Of a DNA stretch of 64,000 nucleotides, positions 49,110 through 63,300 are shown piece after piece. This stretch comes from Neoechinorhynchus agilis (lineage: Eukaryota; Animalia; Acanthocephala), in assembly GCA_051530055.1 (NCBI GenBank), contig CM121342.1:3533489-3597488 (forward strand). Direction: 5' to 3'. Each line of letters starts with the position of its first letter. Positions within the stretch are counted from its first letter, which is position 1. Below the pieces are notes generated by a model. That model did not search any database. It was not told where the DNA came from and saw nothing but the letters and a program-made list of their open reading frames with translations. Both the position numbers and the translations under genes were made by a program.

Positions 49110-50342
49110 ATGTTAACCCCTGAAGCGGAATATTATCCAGAAGATCAGCCGGAGCTTCCCCCCGATGAAGTTGATTTTCCATATTTTGGAAAAAGTCCAC
49201 TCGAATTAGACAATAAGCCTCGAATTTGTATGATGGGTCTTCGTCGTTCCGGAAAGAGTTCAATACTTAAAGTAGTATTCCATAAGATGTCCGCCCATGA
49301 GACATTATTCCTAAAAAGCAATAAAATCGTCTCATACGACGATATTAACTGGAACGCACTTATTCAGTTTCTAGTGATGGATTGCCCCGGTCATCCCGAC
49401 TTTTATGAACGATGCTTCGACAACGAACTGGCATTTCAAAACTGCAAAGCGATTGTGTTTGTGATCGACGCTCAGGATGAATACATCGAAGCTGTACATC
49501 ATCTAAAGACTACAATTCAAAGAGCGATCAAAATTGTTCCAAACATAAAATTCGAAGTTTTTATCCACAAATCAGACGGTCTAAGTGATGATCAAAAGAT
49601 TGAAATCCAACGAGATATTCACCAGAGAGTGATTGAGGACCTTAACGAACAAATGGCAGCTTCATCTTTGACTGCTACCACGTCTTCAAGTGGTGGAACA
49701 TCGACTCCTCCACAACTTTCATTTCATTCAAGTTCTGTGTACGATCATTCGGTCTTTGAAGCATTTTCTAAAGTCATACAAAAACTTATTCCTCAACTTC
49801 CTCTTCTTGAAAATCTGCTCAATGTACTCATAGGTAATTGTTCAATCGAAAAGGCATTTCTATTTGACGTTGTCTCAAAAGTGTACGTTGCAACCGATTC
49901 ATCTCCTGTAGATATGCAGACCTATGAACTTTGTTGTGATATGATAGAGGTTTTCCTCGATTTAAGTGCGATTTATGGGCGCGAGATCGTAAATGTGATC
50001 GTGACTGACAATTGTGGCTTGTTTTCCGTCAGAAACGATCATAGAGATCACGAAGACGAATGTATGCCCGATTTCGATTCATTATCACAAGCCATTATTC
50101 GTTTGAACAACGGAACTGTTTTATTCCTTCGAGAAGTCAATACGTTTGTTGCGTTGGCTTGTATAATGAGAGAGGAAACATTAGAGAAGCGGGGAATGAT
50201 CGAACATAACTTTCTTCAATTTAAACGAGGAATCCAACGAATTCTGAGTGTTCAAGGATCTTTCACGATGCCTCGGCATAGAAGCAGAGAGGGCAGTTAT
50301 ACAAGCAGTGCCTCGACGACAGCCTTGGGCTCGAGGACTTGA
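49110..50342 (+). CDS. RRAGC: Ras-related GTP-binding protein RagC/D (Gtr2), intronless
   Basis: KPRICMMGLRRSGKSSILKVVFHKMSAHETLFL, FEVFIHKSDGLSDDQKIEIQRDIHQR, SVYDHSVFEAFSKVIQKLIPQLP.LENLL, KAFLFDVVSKVYVATDSSPVDMQTYELCCDMI. The start at 49110 is preferred over 48960; C versus D cannot be decided. Confidence 0.96.
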   Translation: MLTPEAEYYPEDQPELPPDEVDFPYFGKSPLELDNKPRICMMGLRRSGKSSILKVVFHKMSAHETLFLKSNKIVSYDDINWNALIQFLVMDCPGHPDFYERCFDNELAFQNCKAIVFVIDAQDEYIEAVHHLKTTIQRAIKIVPNIKFEVFIHKSDGLSDDQKIEIQRDIHQRVIEDLNEQMAASSLTATTSSSGGTSTPPQLSFHSSSVYDHSVFEAFSKVIQKLIPQLPLLENLLNVLIGNCSIEKAFLFDVVSKVYVATDSSPVDMQTYELCCDMIEVFLDLSAIYGREIVNVIVTDNCGLFSVRNDHRDHEDECMPDFDSLSQAIIRLNNGTVLFLREVNTFVALACIMREETLEKRGMIEHNFLQFKRGIQRILSVQGSFTMPRHRSREGSYTSSASTTALGSRT

Positions 50343-50477
50343 AATGAAATTAAAAAATAAACTACATTCACACCCTGACACCTTCTAGACCATCGCGTTC
50401 GTGAATTTATTACACCTCACTCTTTTCTATGACCCAACCTAAAGAAAACCACTAACCCTTTTCCTCGATGAATTTAG

Positions 50478-53400
50478 CTTTTGCGATTCAACAGCCTGAG
50501 CAATACAACTGCACTGAGAACGAAACAATTACATTACGCTGTCATTGTTCGCGTGGAGGTGCTCAATACTGTTGGACTAAAAACAGTCAGCCAATCGATT
50601 TTAACGAACGTGTTGTTTCGTCTGTTGACGATCAATCATACTCACTTACAATCCATCAAGCAAACTCGCAGGATTCTGGAACATATACAATTTCAATCTA
50701 TGATAGTACCGGTGCGATCTGCGACTCGAATCAATGCAGATTGAACGTTGGAGCGGCTGCTCGTCGTTCACTTCCTCCTGAACGATCTCTAAAATCTCAT
50801 CTACAATATCGACAGCAGCAGCAGCAGCAGTTTAGGAGTGAGATAAGAATGAGTGGCAAAACTTCACGGGCATTTAGTATGCCCCCGCGAGATCAAGTAG
50901 ACAACAGAATTAACCGAATTGTAAAACCATTAAAATCTCAAGAATTCATACCAGGAAAAACAAAACTTGTCTTACTTCATGTTACCACGCTTCTTCCAAT
51001 AAGTCGTGTGGATTTTTTCAAGGATAATAATCTGATAATCCCTTCAGATCCCCGACGAAGAGTGACTGTGCGAGGTTGTTGCGCTGAGTTAGCGCTTACT
51101 AATCCGGATCTACACGACGCTGGGAGCTACGCGTGTCGCATTGACGGAGCTCAAATGTCTGAGTGTTCACTACAACCATTATCGCTCATATTGAACCGTA
51201 AATTGCCTAATAGAATTGACGCTGAAGAAGGCGAACCAATCACGCTTGAATGTGAGTTCAATCAAAGTCCTAGTCAACCAACGAAGTGGTTCAAAGACAA
51301 TCATGAAATTTCAATTGACGAAAGCGGATACAAAATAACTTCTTGTGGTTCTTATCAAGCTCTTACGATCGAGCGAACTGATCGCGAAAAACATTCTGGT
51401 CGATATCGATTATTTATAAACGACCTTGTCGATGAGACGTATTTGATGGTTGTTCCGAAAAAGCAACGTAATCTGGGATTTGCTCGCGAACCACCTGAAA
51501 TAGTTCAATGTGATTCTGTTGGCGACAGCGTTGTCATTCCATGTGAAGTACAGGATCCTAATTGCACAACCCAGTGGTTCATGGGTAATAATCGTCAAAT
51601 ATTTTCTGACGAGAAATCGTTTTCGTTCAATTCTCATGGTATAGATCGGTCACTGACTGTTCGACGCGTATCTACATCGGGACAATCGTTTAAATGTGTT
51701 ATAAATGGTGCTAATGAAGAACAAATTGAACGTACAACTCGTGTAAGTGTGAAATCTTCCCACGTTACAGCATTCGCGACGTCTCCTGATCAGCAATCTC
51801 ATCGAGTTCATCGAGTTCTCGAAGGAGATACCGTTACTATTGCTATATCCGACGCCAAACTTGGCGACCGAGACATTCTATTACTCAAAGATGGGTATCC
51901 ATTTGAGCGGAAGCGTGTAGGCACGAATACAATTATTCTAGAGGATCTCGAGTTGGAGGACTCGGGATATTACTCTTTTGTGAGCGATAATAGCATAGAA
52001 CATCCTATTGGACAAATTATAGTGGACCGTAGACCGATTCAACGCGAATTTATGAGTCTACCTAGGTCCAGTTTTGTGGCTGGTGAGACTATTTATTTAG
52101 AATGTGAATTTCAGAATGAACCGCGGCATCCGGTTGTATGGCACAAGAACTCGATTCCTTTGTACTCAAACGATCATGCTATTATTCGCAAAGACGGACT
52201 CATTCATTCTTTGACAATCCATAACTGCGCCCGTTCGGACGAGGGAACGTACGAACTTAGATGTGGAAGTTTTATCTTAACTACTCCTTACATCAACGTA
52301 ATTGACCCGCTCGACCAGAAAAACGTTCAAATTCTTAAAGAAGGCGACACTCTGAACATTGACGTCAAGACAAATACTCTTCTGGATGCGGATTGTGCGT
52401 CTCTTCGTCTTTTCCATGATAATGACGATATAACCAAAAATCAAAACGTTTTGATTGATATAAAGAAGTCTTCGCTTGCGATATGCATCCAAGACGTTAC
52501 TTTTGCTGATTCCGGTTCTTATTATATGGAGACAGACGGATGTAGACTTCATCTATGTACTGTTCAAGTTGTCACACCTAATCCACGTGTTCGATATGTT
52601 CCAAATCCTTTTCTGACGAAAAATAAGGAGCTACAAAGAGTTCCATGCGGAAGTGATTTCGATGTAGTATTCGAGAGTTCGACTGCTGTCCAAGGTGACC
52701 CGGTTTGGATTAAGGATGATCACGAGTTAAACTTGTTGGAAAGTCGCTATAGCACAGAGGTAAAACAAAACCGATTAATTCTTACAATCAATGGTCTTCT
52801 ATCTATTGATTCCGGGACGTATGGTGTTCGAACTAGACAAGGAGTCGAGATCTACGCTCCTCCACTTCATGTTTACGAGTCCGAAGTACGAAAAATACTT
52901 GAAACCCGAACTGCGTTTGTTGACGATCGGATCGAAGTGGAGATTGGAAATGAAGACGGGCTTGTAAAGGAGGTTACGGTGCTAAAGAATGGAAAACCAG
53001 TGGAGGATAGAAGTCGATTTCATCTTGAATGTGCTCCGAATCGAATTAAATTCACGATAAGTTCACTCAAACTTTCAGATGCTGGACTATACGAAATTTC
53101 AGTTGGTGACAATTCCTCGAAAGCGCATTACATTTTTACTGTGAACGTTGAGCCGCGTAAATCAGTTCATGTTCAGAAATTACGTCTTGATCGAAGTGAA
53201 TTTAACGAAGGTGAAACAATCACAATAGATTGTGTATTTGAACGTGCTCCTTCTGAGGATTTGCATTGGTATAGAAATCAGAAAATTATTGATGAAAATG
53301 ATTGTCATTATTGTGTGAGGCATGTGGATCCGAAAACTTTTACTCTTGTTATTAAGAATTGCTCTCGAGATGATAATGGCGTTTATCAACTTAAAAATGA

Positions 53401-56400
53401 GACGACGTGTTTCGAGACACCTTTTCTTAAGATTAAACCAAGCACAGTAATGACAGAAAGTCTTGGTGTAATGAAGATTTCCCCACAACCGACAGTAACG
53501 AAAAATCGACCGACGTCTCAGCCGGAACAGCTTCGATATAAGGTGGCAGGTGGAGTTGGTGCTCCGGAATCAGTTGTTACTGGAAAGATTGTTGAAAGGA
53601 TAATTGGTGATGGTGCTGGACGATGTGCTAAATTAGTTGAAGCTAAGGAAGGTGAATCGATTAATATTCAACTAGATACAAAAGGAGAATTGCTCAAGGA
53701 CGAAGACGTGTTCCTTCTTCATAATGGACAACGAGTTTTTAAAACAGATCCACGGGTGATGTGGGTGATTGAGAACACATCCTTAAGTGTTACCATATCG
53801 GACCTTGTGTTGAGCGATGCCGGATTGTGGGCTATTGTTTTAAGAGACCAGATAATTCCGGCGATTGATCTCGTGGTAAATGAACGTCCTCGACAAGTAA
53901 AACTTTTACATTTGAAGAAAACGGTGTTTCAGGTCGATGAAACTTTCCGTCTCGATGTTGAAGTGAAAGGAAGATTGAGTGGGACTCCAATCTGGAGAAA
54001 AAATGGGAAAATCATCAAGGACGGTGATCCTATTCAGCTGGAGCATAACGATAAATCTGGTCAATACACTCTTTTGATTCCACGTATCCAAAACGAACAT
54101 TCTGGAATATATTCACTCACGTTGGACAATCTCGAACTTTTAACACCTCCAATCACAGTAAGGCAAAGAAAGACAATTATTCAAAAGTCAGATCAACCCC
54201 CATTAAAAATTATTCATGCAGTGGAAGGCGATACCGTCACTCTCAAACTACCTGCTTCATGGATGCAAGAAGATGTTCGAATTTGCAAGGATCATCGCAT
54301 TGTTGAGAATGTCGCATTTGAAACTGAAGGTGATTCGGTTGTGGTTCGACTAATGAACGTAGGATTGAACGATAGTGGCGTATATTGTCTCACTGAACTT
54401 GGAAATCGGACAAACGTGCCATTTGTTGAACTTAGGGTCACAAAAAAGGCACCTACAAAGTTCTGCCAACTTCAGCTCGTAAAGACCTTATACCAAGAAG
54501 GTGAAACCTTATCGATTCCATACAAGATTCCATCTCAAATCAACGATTGGTCCCACAATGGTCAACCTCTTGCTTCCATGGATAGAGTTCATATTGACGA
54601 ACAAGCAATGCACGTCGAAGAGCTCAATTTGGACGATGCTGGGATATATTCCATCATCGATCCTGATGGTACTCTTCACAGTACGTCATCAATCACAGTA
54701 CGACCTGGGAAACCTCACGTTACTGTTCAATGTATTGAAGCCTATGAGCATGAGAATATTCAAGCAACTCTAAAGCTTTCGTCTGATATGAAAAGCTTTA
54801 TTAAACCGACAAATGTGATCTTACGAGAAGGCATTGTTACTGATAAAGCTCAAATTCACTCTCTTTTGAGTGATGATACATTTCTCATAAAGATAAGTCA
54901 TCTTCAACTTGAGGATTCCGGTCTTTATGAAATTCAATTGGACGACGGTGATCGATTGCCTTTTCTAAGAATGAATGTCATGAAAAGACCAATGATATAT
55001 AAGAGACTTGAGTTACCGAAGACGATTTTTACCGAAGGCGATACTCTCGTTATAAAGCTAGAGCATGAGTCGGTTATTGGTGAAGTTCCAGTTTGGACTA
55101 AAGACAATAAACCTCTTAATCCTGACGATAGAGTTCGTTTATCGAGTACAGGCGACCAATCGACCCTCACAATATCTCCCCTTCGTGTATCTGATGGAGG
55201 AGATATATCCGTTTCGATAGGAAATGTAATGTTCAACGCAGATCCCCTTGTAGTACATTCAGCAAGTTCGGTAAGTGTCACTGCTGAGGACGAAGATGAT
55301 CTAAAGTTCGTGATTCCGTTTCATTTGGCGATTAAACCCGAACGACGTGGTGATACAGCTGAATTTCGATGTTCATTTAATCGAAAAGTTGATCCAAAGC
55401 AAGTCGCAATTGTCCGTGAAGAAACTGAGACCACTTGTGATGCACGTTTTAATGTAATGACAAGTGAAGGTGGGAAATGCTTTACTTTCCGAATGACTGA
55501 TACTCAACCTAAAGACGCTGGTGCCTACCAATGTTGTGCGCCTCCATTATTAAGTCAGCCGGTTTATTTGAAACTGAGATCAAGTATCCCGGTAGATATT
55601 CCATTCGTCCGTTTATCAACACATCGCAATCATGTGATTGAAGGTGAGACTATCGAAGTGGAATGTGACATTGGAAAAGGAATCGACATAACTAGTGTTT
55701 CTCTGTTCAAATCCGATCAAGCAGTCAATGACGCCAAAGCAGAGATAATTTCGAAAAGCAGAGCAATATTTAGAATCCCATTTTGTGAGTGGGGAGTTCA
55801 CGACGGGGATTACCACGCATGTGCAGAATATAAGGGAGTTACTGTTGAGTCCGGAAAAGTAAATATCCAAATTGAAAAAGAAGGAGGGTTCGTTTCTAAA
55901 CTTGGTATTTCTGATACTCATCCAAACGAAGGCGATATGGTCGAGTTGAAGTGTAAAATCAAAGGAGCGGAAAGGGTCCATGTGACCAAAAATGGTTTAC
56001 CAGTAAACGATCGACCTTTAGGAATTTGCGTTCAAGGCGACACCGTAAGTGTTAAGATTCCTGAGGTGAACTCGACTGATATTGGCGAGTATCGACTCGT
56101 AATTCCAAACACTGACTCTATAACGTCACCTGCAAAAATAATCGAAGTAAAGAAACCTTCCGTCAAGTCTCCTTTGATTCTATCAGCAAATAAACTCACG
56201 CTAAATTCTGACGAAATCTTGATTTTGAATTGTCAAAGAGGCATTGAGCAGATTCGTTGGATGAAAGGAGGAACTGAACTGGATGGAGATTCGAGATATA
56301 AACGTGAATTGATAGATAGTTCAATTGAGATTTTTATTGTTAGTGATCTAAAATCGAGTAAAGACACTGGGGATTACTATTGTGAAACTGTGAATGGCGT

Positions 56401-58445
56401 TCAAAGTAACGTGCTCCATATTGAAGTAATCGATCAACCGACAAAACGTGATCTAAAATTCATAAAACCTCTCACAGCTAATCAAAATGTTCTTCGAGAA
56501 ACCGAGGAGTTAGTTTTGAGTTGCGCTTTAAGTTTGCCTGAGCAACGAGTAGTTATCATGAGAGATGGAATGGATGTGAGTGATACTATGAAAGTTATCA
56601 ACGGAACGGACTACGTTTTGCGAGTACCCAGTGTACGAGTCACCGATTCGGGTTCATATCAGGCAATTGTGAACGATGGGGAGTTGGTTGGTACGACTGT
56701 GCCCATACGGATTGATCCAATATCACCAGAAATCCGTGCAAATGGGTATTCTTTTAAACCTGGAACTATGATTGAACTTACATGTGTTCATCCAGACGCT
56801 AAAAGCGTTAAATGGTATAAAGATGGCATAGAATTGCCAGAATACGGCTCTTGTGAACGTCTTGTCATTTCTTCTGCAAAACGAAAAGATGAAGGGCAGT
56901 ATTCATGTTCAGTGAATGGCTTAGAAAGCAATAAAGTCGGTATTAAAGTTAGCGTACTTGAAGATCGACAAGAACTGGTAATTCTAAGAGGCTTAAGAAT
57001 TTCAAATCCAAGACCAGTTGAAGGAGAATCCGTCAGTCTTGATGTAACTCTGAATAGACCTTTGAGAGACAATGAATCGTTTGAAGTTTATAAAGATGGA
57101 TTGATCTATAAACCAGGAAGGATTGATCGATCGACAATATGTCCATCGATTGAAATTCCAGCAGTCACCTGTTCAGATACAGGGGAATTTAAAGTCATTG
57201 TTGACAAAAAGGAAACAAGTGCCCCATTAAATGTTCAAAAACTGAAATCCGTGCTTACCTCAGAAAAGAACGTTCTAAAATCTGGTGAAACATTGAAGCT
57301 TTTTTGTGAGTTCAATCGCGAGTTAAGTGCTGAAGAGCTTTCTCGCGTTGAATTAAAGCGGAATAATGCTGAATTGTTGGCTCACTCACGAAATTTTCCA
57401 GACAAAGAGACAATTGCTTACACTGTTGAAAACATGGAAGTAGGTGACAGCGGAACTTTTATTTGTGAATTGGATGCGTGTCGATCGAATAGTTTGGACG
57501 TTGTGATAAATCCTTCCCAAGGAACTGCACTTCAATTCGCATCTCCATTAATAGCTAATAAATCTTTCCTCCAAGCAAAAGAACGTCTTGTTCTGTCTCT
57601 AAAGCTGAATAGAACTGCATGTTTTGAGGACATTCAATTCCTAAGAGACGGGAAACTGTTACAGCCAGATCGACTCTACCTCCGACCATCCAACGAACTT
57701 TGTTATGTGATTGAAGAAGCATCAAAGACGGATGGACCTGGCTGTTACGAGTGCAAAATCATACCTACTGGTCAGACAAGCAATAGCGTTAGTGTCAATT
57801 TCGACGATAACGCTTTAAGTATTATTGAACCTCTACAAGATACCACGGTTTCATCAGGATCTTCTTTGAACTTATTTTGCCGATTCTCAAAGCCTCTCCC
57901 TCCTTCAACAGTTTTCAAGTGGTTAAAGGACGATAAGGAAATTGAATTGGTTAATGGCGTTCAAGCATTTATAGAAAACGACCTTGTTCAGATCAAAATT
58001 CTCCATGCAAATCCATTAAGTCATCAAGGCGTATGGCGATGTATGGTGACTATTGACAATCACATTCCGTTGATGTCTGAATGTGTGGTGAACGTAAAAA
58101 GACCAAGTGTAGCTGCTCAGGGATTTGCTCGTCTACTTCCTGCTTCGATGTCCGTACCTCTAAGTAGTACGCTAACGCTTGAGTGTGAGACTCTAAAACC
58201 CGAGAAAGACGTTAAATGGACACGAGATGGAAAACCGATTGAACCTTCGGAGAATGTTTCGATTGACTCTTCTCGAGACAATCGAGTACACAGATTAGTA
58301 GTTGGGAAGAGCAAACCGGAAGATGGAGCCCTTTATGCATGTGTGCTTCCGATCAATAGTCAGCAAACCGCTTGCAAAGTAAATGTTGCTAAAGAGCCGA
58401 TAAATCTCTTGAGTGGATTTCCAGCGGAGATTACCGCTGTTCCTG
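50478..58445 (+). CDS. Giant (~8 kb) exon of tandem Ig-like domains, probably an internal exon of the UNC-89/obscurin-like gene
   Basis: Uninterrupted 2662-aa ORF with repeated EG+.+.L.C...W.K.G...D.G.Y.C motifs. Acceptor tttag at 50477 with actaac upstream is phase 1; donor gtatgt at 58446 is phase 1. Confidence 0.92.
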
Positions 58446-58610
58446 GTATGTCTTAGATCAGTGAGTTTGAGTGCAACCGCGTGAGTGTTAGCTAGTGTAG
58501 ATGTTAGACAACAATTTGAGTATTGCATGAGGACGTGGAGGTATGTGAGTGCATGTGATTGATATCTTCCATAAATTTAGACAAGATATTTACTTTTTGC
58601 CCGATTTAAG

Positions 58611-59963
58611 GTGACCGAGTGAACCTTTCTTGTGTACTGTCAGCCCCGCACGTTGCGGATATTGTTCTTGAAAAGAACGGAGAACCAGTTGACTCATTAG
58701 CTGGCACAAATGTTCAACGTGTGGATTCCGATGATGATAACGTCGTTAGTTTTATGATCAAACCCGTCCGGAAATCAGATGCCGGTTTATTCACGCTTTT
58801 GGGACCGGATGGTATTCGAACTCAATGCCAGTTGAAGGTTTTAGTCGACGAACAACCTCGAATTACGAAACCGTTGGTCAGTAAGACGGTCAATGTGGGA
58901 TCAACCGTTTGCTTTGAAGCTCAGACGAGCTCTGCGTTAGCGCCAGTTTTCTGGAAAAAAGATGGGAAACCAATCAATTCTGAAGGAGATGCTTTGATTT
59001 GCTCTAAAGGCAATCAACACCAACTCATATTGAATAATGCCCAATTCGAGGATACTGGAACTATTAGCTTTGAAATTGGAGAAGATATCTCAAAAGCAGC
59101 CCTTCAAGTAGTTCAAGATAAATCTCCTGAAGTGTTCATTGATTCAACGATCCGAATCAATCCTCAACCAGCTATGGAAGGCGATGATATTGAAGTCAGT
59201 TGTACAATAACTGATACAAGAGAAGCTAAGCCTGTGTGGTGGCGAGGGACAGCGAAAAATCCTGTGAATTCCGACCGATGTGAACCGGAGATTGTCGATC
59301 AGCACCACGCTCGTCTTATGATTAGAAAGTGTATTAAGGAAGACGAAGACGTCTATGGAGTTCGACTTGATAATGGAGATGAGATATCAGGTGTTGTTGA
59401 GATTGTCGAAAGTCCATGCAGATTCGTTAAGGAATTGGAAAACGTTAGAGCTGCAAAAGGCGACCGTATTGTATTAAAAGCTGAAACCAACAAGGAAGTG
59501 GCTGTTCAGTGGTTAAAAGACGGAAAGGTTGTGCAGAAATCAGGGCCTAAACAACGCCAGCATTCTTTTGAAATTCCTTCCGTTGAAAAGGATGCAATTT
59601 ACAAATGTATGGTCAATGATCGTTTATTTACGACCGGACGAATCTCTGTTGCTCCTGAGCAATCGGCTATCAGCATTATTAGAAAACTCCAAGACGTTTA
59701 TCTGAACGAGGGGGAACCATTGCTTCTTCAAGTAGAACTTAATAGGAAACCTAATAGTGATCCATTGTGGAAAAGAGATGGTAAGCCGGTTGACGGCGCA
59801 CAAACCACTGCTGATAATAATGAATTTAACTTGACTAAGCCGTCGATGAATGCTTCAGATAGTGGAACCTATGAATTTGATGTTGATGGTGTATCGTGTA
59901 TTTGTAAAGTAGTCGTAACTAAAAGTCCATTGACTTTGTTACGGCCTCTGGCACTTGTTACCG
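58611..59963 (+). CDS. Next Ig-array exon
   Basis: Phase-1 acceptor tttaag then G-DRVNLSC, several Ig repeats, and a donor gtgagc at 59964. Confidence 0.88.
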
Positions 59964-60344
59964 GTGAGCCTCTAATGTTTGGATTCTTTTAAGGTTTTGT
60001 TGTCCTAGAAGGGGAGAAAATTGCATTGTTACTTCTCATAGAATTTCTTAATCTGTATATATCTGAAAATGCAACAATTACATCTTAGGGAAAAAAGTGA
60101 CTCGTCCAGTTGGATTTTGGAACGAGTTTTTAATGGTCGAAATCATTTTTGAGAGGGAATGTAAAAGTAAACATGTTAGCATATTCAACCCGTTCTTGAA
60201 GGAAAAGCAGGGATAATCTTTTTTACTTCGAGCTGAATAAAATATTTTGAGCGTAAATTTTAGTGTTCTTCGTGTTTATGATCTGAAATACAGGGAAGGT
60301 ATTCTTGTTTTATTATTTTGCCGGCATCTTGCTCATGTATCTAG

Positions 60345-63300
60345 AATTCAAACAATAAAAGGTCACAAGGCCGTCCTCCGATGTGCGTTTTCTCGAAAAC
60401 CATCAAAACTGAAATGTATAGGTCCACAGGGAATAGAAATTCCAATTATTGGACAAGCTAATGGTTTTGCTGACGTTGTGATCGACTCTCTTGATATATC
60501 TGACAAGGGAAAATATCGCGTAGAAGCCATCGACGATGACACCAAGGTTCACACATCATACATCTTGAACCTAAGCGATTCTGAAGTAAAAGCTGATCTC
60601 GAAGGACCCACAGAAGTTGACGTTGGTGATTCAGTAGAACTCATATGCAGTGTAAACGTTCCTTTATCGGGAAAAGAATTCGAATGGAAATTCCAGGGGC
60701 AAACACTGAAGAGCAGTCCCAACCTGCGCATTTCCCATCAATCACAGCAATCGAAATTATTGATACCGAAATGTACGAAACAAAACCATGGATTGTATGA
60801 GTGTGTTGTAGCGGGAAAACCACTTACCAAACACGTTAATGTCACTGAACGTTCGATATCAATTTTAGAACCATTGGAACTTTACGGAACAATATTAGAA
60901 GGATCCGACGTGAGTCTGCAAGCTAAACTTGATCGCCCAGCAGATTCTGTAAAATTCTATAAAGATGGTAAACCGATTGATGATGCCAATGTGTGGAATC
61001 GTGGATCCTTGGTCGGCTTAGATCTTAGTAATCTAACTCCCGGCAAAGACGAAGGCGTTTACGAAATTGAGGCGGATGGAATTCGTTCACAATATTCATT
61101 GCAAGATATTCCAGTTGAACAAAAAGAGGTTCTAATTCCTCTGAGACTGGAAAGGCCACTGTTCGCAGATAAAGCTCGTCCTAACAAAGGTGAGAATGTA
61201 ACACTTAGATGTAAACTGAATAGAAGGCCTATCGATGAACGATGTGAGTGGTTTTTCAACGACAAGCCTATCAGTATTGACGGAATCAAGTATATTGTTG
61301 ATTATGGTCAAAACGGGGAGATCAGTTTGAAAGTAAATGGATGTGATGAATGTGATGGAGGACGGTATTGTTTAAAGGTAGCAAATATTTCTACCAATGC
61401 TCAAATAGAGGTTATTGGAATTTCAAATATTTTGTCTCCTTTAACGTATACGCCTCAACCTGTCAAAGAATCGGACAATCTTCAATTAAAATGTAAAGTC
61501 GATCCAAAGGCGGAACCGAAATGGTTGAAAGATGGAAAACCATTGAAAGGAGGAAAAGTTAGTTCGGATGGCTTGGCCGTTTTTGAAATCCCAAAGTGCA
61601 AGCAGGACGACAGTGGTGTTTATGAACTGGTTGTAGGCGATGAGAGCTCAAAATGTAGTGTAGAGGTCCTGCCCAGTGTTCTAGCTAATCAATGGGTGAA
61701 AAAGTTGTTTTGTGGTCCTTTAAAAATGGGCGAAGTATTTACTTTAAGTGCCCAATCTAAATTTCCATGTAATAAAGTTGAATGGGAACTGAATGGAAAA
61801 CGAATAATAGCGAAGACAAAAGTTGAAGGCTGTGTATACACGATTGAAATTCATCCAAAATCGATTGTTGACTATGGTGACTTTGTCATTAAAGCGGATA
61901 ACCTCAAAGATTCTTTGAATGTGCAACCTCAAAATGAGTTCACTAAGTCCCTTGAAGAACGAGACGAGTCAGTTTTGTCTTGCTGCACTTTGTTGGGAGG
62001 GACTGTTACATGGTTTAAGAATGGTCAACCTTTGAACGAAAAAGAGTACTCAATTAGAAATGATGTACTTGAGAATGAAGTCCGGCATTCTCTGACTATT
62101 CCATCCGGTTTTGAACGAGAAGGTGAATATGTGTGCCAAGTGGACGATTTGAGTGACTCGTGTAAACTTGGAAGTGCTATTAAAATCGGGGAACCCGTGA
62201 TTGACGGTGCATGCGATGAAGGAAAACGAGTTAAAGTTCGTGCAAGGTGTAATGGAAAACCTGGTATGAAGGGAAAGCTAGTCGACCAATCAAATGGAAA
62301 AGTTTTGGCTGAAGGCGTTTTAAAAGATCGTGAGCTTGTCGTCGAAACCGCACCCCTTCAAATAGAAGACAGCGGAAAATATGCACTTGTTATCGAGGGT
62401 TCGAAATCTCCCGTTGTTCAATTAAAAGTTAAACCAAAACCACTTCAATTCGCATCCGCACAACTTAAGGTCAATCCAGAGATCATTGATGAAGGCGAAC
62501 GAACAAAGGCGGTCGCTATTTTCAACAAACCTGTAAGCTTGGGAGATTGTAAATGGAAACTTAATGGGATCCCTGTCGAACTCGACGATCGTCATCGTGA
62601 ATGCCTTGAATCTGATACAAGTATTTCATTGGAAATGACCAATTGTAAAGTAACGGATTCGGGACGAATTGTTTGCGCGTTGTCTGACTCTGAGATCGAC
62701 GGTAGGTTAAAAGTTAATCCGAAGAAAAAAGAAACTGTCGAAGAACCCTTACAACTAATCAAAGCACTTTCAATCGTAGGCGAACCAATCGTAGGATCGA
62801 CAATAAAACTAAATTCCACTTTTTCGAGGAAACCAAAATTCTTTAAGTTCTTTAAAGACGACGACCAAGTCGACGCATCCCGCTTGAATCTTGTACAAAC
62901 AGCTGATGGCAAAATCAACTTCGAACTCACCGATTGTACTGAAAATGATTCCGGAGTGTATAAGGTAGTAGCCGAGGACACTGTTGAGTCAATATGCCTC
63001 GTTAGAGTCAAGAAACAACCACTAAAAATAGTGAAGGAACTGCATTTACTTAAACGACCGGTTTTGGAAGGTGATCCGGATTGTTATTTAAGCGTTCAGT
63101 TAAACCGAGAACCAGTGTCTTATAAATGGCTCAAGAATTCGGAACCAATTGATATTGGTGATAAATTCATGGAGAAACAAGTCGCTCCTAATGAATATCA
63201 ACTTATGGTTAAATCTCCAAATTCATCAGATTCCGGAAATTATGAGTTTCTTGCCGGTGAAGGGAATGTAAGAAGTGTGGAGGCAGTTCAAGTTCGATCA

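Noticed and set aside
50468-50477. ATG 50468 as the start of an independent 2662-aa protein
   Set aside because: No signal peptide and no room for a promoter after RagC/D, and a phase-compatible splice acceptor with a branch-like motif overlaps it. Not fully excluded.
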